64,000 nt of DNA, taken from the NCBI GenBank assembly GCA_007695225.1, contig REED01000076.1, positions 1,309 to 65,308 on the forward strand, written 5' to 3'. The DNA is from Gemmatimonadales bacterium (GTDB lineage: Bacteria; Gemmatimonadota; Gemmatimonadetes; Longimicrobiales; Gaopeijiaceae). The position numbers and the translations under genes were made by a program. The notes under the pieces were generated by a model. That model searched no databases, had not been told where the DNA came from, and was given only the letters and a program-made list of their open reading frames with translations. Position 1 is the stretch's first letter; every line of letters starts with the position of its first letter. Below, piece by piece: positions 28,477 through 36,271 of this stretch.

Positions 28477-29590
28477 GGGGGGGGCGGGAATCCTGTTTGG
28501 GGTGACGGTGCCACCGGGGCGCGGAGGGCGGAGCCTGCCCGGAGGGAAGACCGGGGCGGGGGCGGCGCTGACGCTGGCGGTGTGCTTCTGGGTCATCCTG
28601 GTCTGGCGGTGGGACCGGGTGGTGGCCGCTCCCGGGGCGGGCCTGGAGGAGCGCCTGGCCCTGGCCACCCTGATCCTCATGGGAATGGCAAGCCTGACCT
28701 GGGCGTGGTGGTGGCGCCGCCGAGGGCGGGGGGTGGGTGGGAGAGAGGGCCCCTGGGCCGGGGCCCTGCGCACCTTCGGGGAGAACCGGATGGCCGTGGT
28801 GGGGGTCGCAGGGGTGGTCCTCTTTCACCTGGTCGCCCTCCTCGCCCCCTTCCTGGCTCCCTACGATCCGGCCTTCCAGGGGGATCTCCTCACCCGCAGG
28901 TTGGTGGGGCCCTCCAGCCAGCATCTTCTGGGAACGGATCCTTTCGCCAGGGACATTCTCTCCCGGCTGATCTACGGGGCCCGGGTATCCCTCTCCATCG
29001 CCCTGCTGGCCGTCTCCATCGCCATCACCATCGGCACGACGCTGGGAGCGGCGGCAGGATACCTGGGGGGGACGGTGGACTCCCTCGTCATGCGACTGGT
29101 GGACGCAGTCCTGGCCTTTCCCCGTCTTGTCCTACTCATCGTGGTGGTGGCCCTCTTCCAGCCTTCACTCACCGTCATCATCCTCATCCTGGGACTCACC
29201 CAGTGGCCGCACGTCACCCGAATCGTCCGGGGCGAGGTCCTGAGCCTGCGGGAGCGGGAGTTCATCCTGGCGGCACGAGCTCTGGGTCTTTCCCGCAGAC
29301 GGATCATCTTCCGCCATGTCATTCCAAATGTCCTGGCGCCGGTCATCGTGGCCGCCACCCTGGGAATCGGTGACACCATCGTGCTGGAGGCGGTGCTCTC
29401 CTTCCTGGGATTGGGCGTCCAGGAACCCATCGCCTCGTGGGGGCGGATGGTGAGCGGAGGACGGGAGCATCTGCTGGGAGCCTGGTGGGTCGCCACCTTT
29501 CCCGGAATCGTCATCGTCCTTGCGGTGATGGCCTTCAACCTGGCGGGGGACGGGCTGAGGGATGCCCTGGACCCCCGGATTCGGGGCTGA
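28469..29590 (+). CDS. ABC transporter permease (DppC/OppC-like) with a roughly 100-aa N-terminal extension
   Basis: Conserved motifs FLAPYDP, LLGTD.FARD and FILAARALGLSRRRIIFRHVIPN. The ATG at 28469 overlaps the upstream stop (ATGGGTGA). Confidence 0.88.
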   Translation: MGEGGAGILFGVTVPPGRGGRSLPGGKTGAGAALTLAVCFWVILVWRWDRVVAAPGAGLEERLALATLILMGMASLTWAWWWRRRGRGVGGREGPWAGALRTFGENRMAVVGVAGVVLFHLVALLAPFLAPYDPAFQGDLLTRRLVGPSSQHLLGTDPFARDILSRLIYGARVSLSIALLAVSIAITIGTTLGAAAGYLGGTVDSLVMRLVDAVLAFPRLVLLIVVVALFQPSLTVIILILGLTQWPHVTRIVRGEVLSLREREFILAARALGLSRRRIIFRHVIPNVLAPVIVAATLGIGDTIVLEAVLSFLGLGVQEPIASWGRMVSGGREHLLGAWWVATFPGIVIVLAVMAFNLAGDGLRDALDPRIRG

Positions 29591-29720
29591 AGCAGGTCTG
29601 CAGGAGGCCCGGGCCGGGGGGAGAAGGGCCTTCAGGCCCCGCCGGCGCCGGAGCACGGAAAGGTGCCGAGGGACATGAGGCGGCATGTATCGAGGTGGAA
29701 ACTTCCCCCTCGGGTCTGAC

Positions 29721-29749
29721 TTGACAGGTTGGAGTTGGGGGCTCATTAT
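29721..29749 (+). promoter_or_regulatory. candidate sigma-70-type promoter for the ExbB-like gene
   Basis: TTGACA (29721-29726), a 17-nt spacer, then CATTAT (29744-29749), in the 200-bp gap after the permease gene. Pattern match only. Confidence 0.35.
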
Positions 29750-29774
29750 GCCACCTTCCAAACTCAGCGGTAGG

Positions 29775-29796
29775 CCGCACGAACCTCTTCGTGCGG
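29775..29796 (+). promoter_or_regulatory. perfect 9-bp hairpin covering the first candidate start codon of the ExbB-like gene
   Basis: CCGCACGAA-cctc-TTCGTGCGG. The GTG at 29791-29793 (the ORF-track start) lies inside the 3' arm. Confidence 0.5.
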
Positions 29797-30537
29797 TGCA
29801 TTCATGGTCTTCAACCCTTTTGGCGGGAGGTCCTTTTGGTCGGTCTCACGCAGCTGTACGGTCTGCTCCTCCAGATTCCGGGGGTGGACTCTCCGGACCT
29901 AACCATCGGGGAGCAGTTGTTCTTCATCTGGGACGAGATGGGGTTCATGCGATATCCTCTCGGAGCATGTCTTGCTCTGGGGATCCTGGTGATCATCTGG
30001 AAGTTCTTCGACCTTCTCGCGAAGAGTTCGAAGACGAAGAAGATCCTTTCCGAGGTGAACGGTCTTCTGGCCGAGCAGCGGATCGACGAGGCGCTCACCC
30101 TCTGTCAGGAGTCCGATTCCCCCGCCGCGAATATCCTTCAGGCCGGCCTTGAGCGCCGGAACGAAGGAACGGACCGGGTGATGAAGGCCATCGAGAACCA
30201 GGGCCTCCTTGAGCTGACGAAGCTGGAGAAGGGTCTGGTGATTCTTGCCACTCTGATGAACGTGGCGCCGCTCCTGGGCTTCCTTGGTACGGTGATCGGG
30301 ATGATCATCGCCTTCCAGGCCATTGAGGTGGCCGGTGAAGTGGAGGCAACACTGGTGGCCGGAGGGATCAAGGTGGCGCTTCTCACCACGGCGGCCGGTC
30401 TTGCCATCGCCATTCCGGTGAGCATCGCGCACAACTACTTCGTCTCCCGCATCGACGCTCTCGTCATCGATATGGAGGAGTCGGCGCAGAAGATGATCGA
30501 CACGCTCCACGCGATGGAGGGTGGCCGGGTCGTCTGA
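29791..30537 (+). CDS. MotA/TolQ/ExbB proton-channel family protein
   Basis: Conserved TM2-TM3 region APLLGFLGTVIGMIIAFQAI ... LTTAAGLAIAIPVSIAHNYF. The N-terminus is uncertain. The GTG at 29791 is inside a hairpin, and an in-frame GTG at 29884 gives a more typical length (VDSPDLTIGEQLFFIW...). Confidence 0.8.
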   Translation: MRCIHGLQPFWREVLLVGLTQLYGLLLQIPGVDSPDLTIGEQLFFIWDEMGFMRYPLGACLALGILVIIWKFFDLLAKSSKTKKILSEVNGLLAEQRIDEALTLCQESDSPAANILQAGLERRNEGTDRVMKAIENQGLLELTKLEKGLVILATLMNVAPLLGFLGTVIGMIIAFQAIEVAGEVEATLVAGGIKVALLTTAAGLAIAIPVSIAHNYFVSRIDALVIDMEESAQKMIDTLHAMEGGRVV

Positions 30538-30670
30538 CGCTTCCCGGCCCGGCCCGAAAAGCCGGTTGAGGTAGGAGGAGGGGGCCGTTCCCAGCATCGG
30601 GGCGGTCCCCTCTTTCCTTTGGACTCCTGCGTGATGGCTTTCCTTACCCTTTTCGCCCCCTGGCCCATCC

Positions 30671-33451
30671 ATGGTGGACATCCCTCCGAAGGCGGCACCC
30701 CGGCTCTTCCTCATCGACGGATATGCCCTCATCTACCGTTCCTTCTTCGCGTTCATCCAGCGGCCCCTCACCAACTCCCGGGGAGAGAACACCTCGGCGC
30801 CCTGGGGCTTCGCACACTTCCTCCTCCGGATTCGTGAGACCTACGAACCCGACTACATGGCGGTGGTCTTCGATGCGGGGATGAGCGATCGGGAGAAGGC
30901 CTACCCTGAGTACAAGGCCACCCGGGAGAAGATGCCCGAGGAGCTGGAGGCCTCGCTTCCCCGGATCCGGGAGATGGTGGCTGCCTTCAATGACGAGGTG
31001 GTGGAGCTGGACGGGTACGAGGCCGATGATGTCATCGGCACCCTGGCCCGTCAGGCGCGGGAGGCGGGGATCGAAGCGGTGATCGTCTCCGGGGACAAGG
31101 ACTTCTATCAGCTGGTGGGCCCGGGGGTGCATCTCCTGAATCCGGGACGGGGCGGGCCTACGGGGGTGGCGGCGGAGTGGGTGGACGCCACCAATGCCGG
31201 TGAGCGACTCGGGGTCCCCCCGGCGCAGGTGGTGGACTACCTGGCCCTCATCGGAGACAGCTCCGACAATGTGCCCGGCGCCCCGGGGGTCGGTCCCAAG
31301 ACGGCGGTCAAGCTCCTGGAGGAGTTCGGCTCCCTGGAGGCCATGCTGGAGCGGGTGGACGAGATCTCCGGCAAGCGGGCCCGGGAGTCCCTCCTGGCGA
31401 ACGAATCCCAGGTCCGCCTCTCCAAGCAACTGGTGACCATCCAGGAGAATCTTCCGGTGGAGTTGGACCTGGAGAAGCTGAAGGTCCGGGCACCGGACCG
31501 GGAGCGGCTGCGGCGCCTCTTCACCGAGCTGGAGTTCCGCACGCTCACCGAGACCTTCTCCGATGGGGGAGAGGGCCCCGAGGCACCGGGGGGAGGGGAA
31601 GTGGAGTACCGGGCCCTCACGGACCCCGATGCCGTGGCGGGGGCGGTCGCGGCGATCCGGGAGGCGGGACTCGTGGCGGTGGATACAGAGACCTCCTCCA
31701 TTCATCCCATGGAGGCGGAACTGGTGGGGATTTCCCTGTCCTGGGAGCCGGGGAAGGGGGTCTACCTCCCGCTGGGTCACACCACCCCCGCGGCATCCCT
31801 CCTGGATGGCCTGGAGGGAGAGGTCTCGGGAGAGGAGGTGGAGAACCTCCCGCCCCTGGGCAGCCCCGCCATGGAGCCCCTGGTGGCCCTTCTCGAGGAT
31901 CCGGAGCTCCCCAAGGTGGGGCAGAACCTCAAGTACGACCTCCTGGTCCTGCGACGGGCCGGGGTATCGCTCCAGGGCATCGCCTTCGACACCATGGTGG
32001 CATCCTACGTCCTGGACCCCGGTCGACGGAGCCACGGGCTCGACGCCCTCTCCACCGACTTCCTGGGATACACCCCCATCTCCTATCAGGATGTCGCAGG
32101 GAAGGGAAAGAAGCAGGTGCCCTTCGCCCAGGTGCCCATGGACGCGGCCGTGGAGTACGCGTGCGAGGACGCCGACCTCACCCTCCGGCTCCGTGACCGG
32201 TTCCTCCCCCAGCTCGAAGAACAGCGCCTTCTCCCCCTCTTCCGGGAGCTGGAGATGCCCCTGGTTCCGGTCCTGGCGGAGATGGAGTGGAACGGGATCC
32301 GTATCGACGCCCCCTTCTTCCGGGAGATGAGCGGAAAGCTCGGCCGGGAGCTGCAACTCCTCCAGGAGGAGATCTGGAAGGAGGCGGGCGAGGAGTTCAA
32401 CATCAACTCCAACCCCCAACTCCGGGAGATCCTCTTCGAGAAGCTGGATCTCCCCGTGATCAAGCGGACCAAGACCGGCCCCTCCACCGACGCCTCGGTC
32501 CTGGAGGAACTGGCGGCCCAGGGACACACCCTTCCCCGGCACCTGCTGGAGTACCGGCAGCTCGAGAAACTCCGGTCCACCTACGTGGACACGCTCCCTC
32601 GCCTGGTCCACTCCGGAACGGGGAGGATTCACGCCTCCTTCAACCAGACGGTGGCGGCCACGGGACGGCTCTCCTCCTCTGATCCGAACCTCCAGAACAT
32701 CCCCATCCGGACCCAGATCGGGCGGGAGATCCGAAAGGGGTTCGTTCCGGCGGAGGGGCATCGATTCCTGGCGGCGGACTACTCCCAGATCGAGCTCCGG
32801 ATCCTGGCCCACTTCTCCGGGGACGAGGCCTTTGTCTCGGCCTTCCGGGAGGGCCGGGACGTCCACCGGCAGACGGCATCGGTGATCTTCGACGTTCCCC
32901 TCGAGGAGGTATCCCCGGAGCAGCGAGCCCGGGCCAAGACCATCAACTTCGCCACCCTCTACGGCCAGGGGGAGTTCTCCCTGGGTCAGCAGCTTGGGGT
33001 CCCCCGGGACGAGGCGGCCCGGTTCATCGAGCAGTACTTCGAACGCTTCTCCGGGGTGCGTCGGTTCCTGGACGAACAGGTGGAGATGGCCCGGGAAAAG
33101 GGGTACGTGGAAACCCTGTCGGGACGGCGCCGGTACATTCCCGAGCTCCAGTCCAAGAACTGGAACGTCCGCCAATTCGGGGAACGGGTGGCCCAGAACA
33201 CACCGATCCAGGGGACGGCGGCCGATCTCATCAAGGAGGCCATGCTCCGGATCCATCGGAGGATGCCGAAAACGGGCTTGGGAGGGAGGCTCCTGGTGCA
33301 GGTCCACGACGAACTGGTCTTCGAGGTCCCCGAGGAGGAGGTGGACGCGCTCCGGGCCTTCGTGGTGGAGGAGATGGAGGGCGCCATGGAGCTGGCGGTC
33401 CCCCTCCGGGTGGACGTGGGGGTGGGGCGGTCCTGGTTCGAGTGCAAGTGA
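30671..33451 (+). CDS. polA: DNA polymerase I
   Basis: 926 aa. The 5' nuclease N-terminus is LFLIDGYALIYRSFFA, followed by a 3'-5' exonuclease domain. Polymerase motif A is DYSQIELRILAH, a motif B region is present, and motif C is QVHDELVFEV. Confidence 0.96.
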   Translation: MVDIPPKAAPRLFLIDGYALIYRSFFAFIQRPLTNSRGENTSAPWGFAHFLLRIRETYEPDYMAVVFDAGMSDREKAYPEYKATREKMPEELEASLPRIREMVAAFNDEVVELDGYEADDVIGTLARQAREAGIEAVIVSGDKDFYQLVGPGVHLLNPGRGGPTGVAAEWVDATNAGERLGVPPAQVVDYLALIGDSSDNVPGAPGVGPKTAVKLLEEFGSLEAMLERVDEISGKRARESLLANESQVRLSKQLVTIQENLPVELDLEKLKVRAPDRERLRRLFTELEFRTLTETFSDGGEGPEAPGGGEVEYRALTDPDAVAGAVAAIREAGLVAVDTETSSIHPMEAELVGISLSWEPGKGVYLPLGHTTPAASLLDGLEGEVSGEEVENLPPLGSPAMEPLVALLEDPELPKVGQNLKYDLLVLRRAGVSLQGIAFDTMVASYVLDPGRRSHGLDALSTDFLGYTPISYQDVAGKGKKQVPFAQVPMDAAVEYACEDADLTLRLRDRFLPQLEEQRLLPLFRELEMPLVPVLAEMEWNGIRIDAPFFREMSGKLGRELQLLQEEIWKEAGEEFNINSNPQLREILFEKLDLPVIKRTKTGPSTDASVLEELAAQGHTLPRHLLEYRQLEKLRSTYVDTLPRLVHSGTGRIHASFNQTVAATGRLSSSDPNLQNIPIRTQIGREIRKGFVPAEGHRFLAADYSQIELRILAHFSGDEAFVSAFREGRDVHRQTASVIFDVPLEEVSPEQRARAKTINFATLYGQGEFSLGQQLGVPRDEAARFIEQYFERFSGVRRFLDEQVEMAREKGYVETLSGRRRYIPELQSKNWNVRQFGERVAQNTPIQGTAADLIKEAMLRIHRRMPKTGLGGRLLVQVHDELVFEVPEEEVDALRAFVVEEMEGAMELAVPLRVDVGVGRSWFECK

Positions 33452-33651
33452 GGGGTTCCCGGTCCCGGAGCGCCTACGATCTGACCTCCTCTCCTCCTTC
33501 AACGGCTTTTGGGCGAAGCCCGTCATCGGGCCCATCTCTCCATGGGTTCGCCCCCGGTTCCAGGCCATTCTGTGGGCGAACTCGCCGGTCCCTGTCCGGC
33601 TCGCGACGGGGCCGGGCTTACGGAGAGCGAGCGGATCAGGAGCGAATTGCC

Positions 33652-34008
33652 ATGAGCCGGTCGGTGAACAAGATCATCCTGGTTGGACATGCAGGACGGG
33701 ATCCCGAGGTCCGGGAGACCCAGAGCGGAAGCAAGGTGGCCAGCCTATCCCTGGCGACGAACCACCGTGTGGGAACCGGGGACGACGCGGAGGAGCGGAC
33801 GGAGTGGCACCGCCTGACCCTCTGGAATCGGCTGGCCCTTTTTGCAGAGGAGTACGTGAGAAAGGGGGACCGGGTCTACGTGGAGGGGCGCCTTGAGTAC
33901 GACGCCTACGAGAGGGATGGGGTCACCATCCCCACCGCTGAGGTCCATGTCCGGGAACTCGTCCTCCTGTCGCCCCCGAAGGCACAGGAATCGGAGGTGG
34001 CCGCCTGA
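33652..34008 (+). CDS. ssb: single-stranded DNA-binding protein, short form without acidic C-terminal tip
   Basis: The OB-fold pattern MSRSVNKIILVGHAGRDPEVRETQSGSKVASLSLATN ... TEWHRLTLWNRLAEFA-like ... GDRVYVEGRLEY is present. At 118 aa it ends ...PPKAQESEVAA and lacks a Gly-rich linker and a D-D-D-I-P-F-type end. Confidence 0.85.
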   Translation: MSRSVNKIILVGHAGRDPEVRETQSGSKVASLSLATNHRVGTGDDAEERTEWHRLTLWNRLALFAEEYVRKGDRVYVEGRLEYDAYERDGVTIPTAEVHVRELVLLSPPKAQESEVAA

Positions 34009-34086
34009 GACGGACGCCCTCGCCAGGAGTTCGTTCAGCCTGGGCGCGCGGCACCACCCCGCTACGAGGACCCGCTCCCAGGAAGG

Positions 34087-34124
34087 CCGAAGCCCCGGCC
34101 GCTAGAAAGCGGCCGGGGCTTCGG
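34087..34124. terminator. bidirectional GC-rich hairpin between convergent ssb and the sigma-factor gene
   Basis: A perfect 15-16-bp inverted repeat, CGAAGCCCCGGCCGC-tagaaa-GCGGCCGGGGCTTCG. There is no U-tract on either side, so its function as an intrinsic terminator is inferred from position only. Confidence 0.55.
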
Positions 34125-34173
34125 GATCCTTCAGGAGTGCGGGCACGATGTCCTCTTCGGTGGCCGCCCCAGG

Positions 34174-35034
34174 TCAGTTCGCCGCCCAGAAGGCGGAGAG
34201 GGATTCCCCATGGGGACTCTCCCGGAGCTTCTCGAAGGCGCGGTTCCGAATCTGCCGGATCCGCTCCCGGGTGACGCCCAGGAGGGAGCCAATCTCCTCG
34301 AGGGTCCGTTCCTCGCCGTCATCCAGACCATAGTAGAGGTAGAGGATCTTTCGTTCCCGCTCCGTCAGATAGCTCTCGAACATGGCCTCCAGGAAGTCAC
34401 GGCGGGCCGACGCCTCCACGTCTTCCTCGATGTCTTCCGAGTCCAATCCGGCGAATCGCTCGCCGAAGGAGGCACTGTCCCGATCTCCCCGGTCGATGGG
34501 CGCATCCAGGGAGAGCTCGCTGGCGGCTACTCGGCGGAGGGCCCGTACCGTGTCCACCGGCTCCTCCATGTCCTCGGCGATCTCCTGGTCTGTGGGAGAT
34601 CGTCCGAGCTGCTGGGTGAGGGCGGTATCGGTTCGGGCGAGGCGGGCCAGGTTGGAGTTCTGGTTCAATGGAATTCGAACAGATCGGGTCTGTTCCGCCA
34701 GCGCCTGAAGCACCGTCTGGCGGATCCACCAGACCGCATAGGAGATGAACTTCACTCCCTTGTCCGGATCGAATTTCTTCACGGCCTTGAGGAGGCCTTC
34801 GTTTCCGATGCAGACCAACTCCGCCAGTCCAAGACCTCGGCCCTGGTACTTCTTGACGTAGGAAATGACGAAACGGAGGTTGGCCGTGACCAGACGCTCC
34901 GCAGCTTCCTTATCGCCTGCCCGGGCCCGGCGGGCCAGCGCCCTTTCTTCTTCCGGGTCTTGAATGAGGGGGTATTTCTCTACGTCCTGCAGATACTGAT
35001 CGAAAGAGTCCAAACCGCGAGAAGTCGAAAACAT
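34174..35034 (-). CDS. RNA polymerase sigma factor, sigma-70 family (compact RpoD/RpoS-like, regions 2-4)
   Basis: Region 2 is TANLRFVISYVKKYQGRGLGLAELVCIGNEGLLKAVKKFDPDKGVKFISYAVWWIRQ. Region 4 is LEEIGSLLGVTRERIRQIRNRAFEKLR. Confidence 0.9.
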   Translation of the reverse strand: MFSTSRGLDSFDQYLQDVEKYPLIQDPEEERALARRARAGDKEAAERLVTANLRFVISYVKKYQGRGLGLAELVCIGNEGLLKAVKKFDPDKGVKFISYAVWWIRQTVLQALAEQTRSVRIPLNQNSNLARLARTDTALTQQLGRSPTDQEIAEDMEEPVDTVRALRRVAASELSLDAPIDRGDRDSASFGERFAGLDSEDIEEDVEASARRDFLEAMFESYLTERERKILYLYYGLDDGEERTLEEIGSLLGVTRERIRQIRNRAFEKLRESPHGESLSAFWAAN

Positions 35035-35257
35035 CCGTTCCGCACTGCCTCGCTGTGGTGGGGGAAGAGGAACTCACGAGGGCGAGGGACAACCGAGTAA
35101 TCGGGGGATCCCTGGCAGGCAACCCACAACCGGAAAGGGCGGAGACGACCACCCGATTTCTTTCGAAGATTACCCCAAAAGCTATACACGGGGGTGAAGG
35201 GAGTCAAAGCCCTTCACGCTCCGACGGACGCAGGCATCTCCTGAACGGGGTATCGCC

Positions 35258-36271
35258 TCAGATACGGTCTTCTACATTCTCCGGTCCATCCAGAGGGAGG
35301 AGGAGCACCCCATCCCCCTGTCCAGGGTCCACCGGAATCACCTTCCCCCAGGGAAGTTCAGTCCCAAGGGGGGAAGGTGTCCGGGGTGGCGCCAGCTCGA
35401 CCTCCCAACTCCGAGTGGGTGTACGGTAGACGAAAAGCGTTTCCCCTCCGTTCCAGATGAGCCAGCCGGTGCGGAAGAGTCCGACCTCCGGTGGCCCCGC
35501 CAGGGCCGCACGGGTGCCCCGGAGTCCTGTAGGCGATTGGGCCAGGGGTGCCGGCTCGCCTCCCTCTCCGGTCGTCCCGGTGGCACTCGGGGCCACCCAA
35601 CGGGGAAGGTCCCTCTGCTCCATCCACCCACTCCCGGGCCGGGTGAGGTGTCTGAAGATCCCTCGCGCCAGAGTGGGGAAGAAGCGTGCAGCCCTCAGCG
35701 ACGGGCGTCCCATCCAGGCGAAGGCCAGGAGTCCCGCGAGGGCGGCAGCCCCGGCCACTGTCGGCGCCAGAAGGAGGAGGAGGAGAAGGACGAGGACGGC
35801 GAGATCCTCACCCACGTCCCGGAGAAGGGGGGACGGGGCGCGGGGGCGATCGGGAAGGAGTCGGTCCAGGAGTCGGGCGCCGAGCCTGCCCCCCTGGAGG
35901 GAGCCGGCCACAACCATGGCCAGTACCCCCGAGACGGCGAGTGGGAGGACCGGGTCGGCGGGACGGAACATGAGGACGAGAAGGAAGGCCGAGGGAATCG
36001 CCGCTGCCGCAAGGAGGCCTTCCCAGACCCCGGTGAGCCCCGGGGCTCTGCGAACGGCCCACCCGGCCAGGTAGAGGCTTCCGCCCAGGAGGGCGGGAGC
36101 CGGCGAGGCCAGGGGGAGCCATTCGGGTGGAAGGGGGGGAAGGCCCGGGATCAGGCCCGTGACCAGGGAGAGAACCGCGGGAAGGAGAAGGACCAGGGGG
36201 AGGTCCATCCCCACCGCTACCGCCAGCCCCAGGAGGAGCAGGATCTCCATGGATGGGAGGTAGCTCACCAT
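35258..36271 (-). CDS. hypothetical multi-pass membrane protein with a soluble C-terminal domain
   Basis: The ATG at 36271 (MVSYLPSMEILLLLGLAVAV...) overlaps the stop of the upstream Omp85-family gene by 7 nt. The N-terminal 200 aa or so form several hydrophobic helices, and the C-terminal 130 aa or so are soluble. I recognise no family with confidence. Confidence 0.6.
   Translation of the reverse strand: MVSYLPSMEILLLLGLAVAVGMDLPLVLLLPAVLSLVTGLIPGLPPLPPEWLPLASPAPALLGGSLYLAGWAVRRAPGLTGVWEGLLAAAAIPSAFLLVLMFRPADPVLPLAVSGVLAMVVAGSLQGGRLGARLLDRLLPDRPRAPSPLLRDVGEDLAVLVLLLLLLLAPTVAGAAALAGLLAFAWMGRPSLRAARFFPTLARGIFRHLTRPGSGWMEQRDLPRWVAPSATGTTGEGGEPAPLAQSPTGLRGTRAALAGPPEVGLFRTGWLIWNGGETLFVYRTPTRSWEVELAPPRTPSPLGTELPWGKVIPVDPGQGDGVLLLPLDGPENVEDRI

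Noticed and set aside
30644-33568. Very long antisense ORFs. Examples are 974 aa opposite polA, 716 aa at 26623-28773, 693 aa at 21580-23661, 678 aa at 38119-40155, 635 aa at 41950-43857, 513 aa at 7669-9210 and 456 aa at 57740-59110.
   Set aside because: Each lies opposite a gene with unmistakable family motifs. Their translations are dominated by Arg/Pro/Gly/His low-complexity sequence, and stop codons are rare in any frame of DNA this GC-rich. I treat them as compositional artefacts, not overlapping genes.
33452-33651. A tRNA-like T-arm (GGGTTCGCCCCC) or small RNA in the polA-ssb spacer.
   Set aside because: No acceptor, D or anticodon arms can be drawn around it. It is just a short chance resemblance.
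35181-35217. A promoter (TTGACT / TATAGC on the minus strand) and an 8-bp hairpin upstream of the sigma-factor gene at 34174-35034.
   Set aside because: The spacer between the two hexamers is only 15 nt and the -35 lies inside the hairpin loop. I could not decide between promoter and terminator roles, so it is not reported as a feature.
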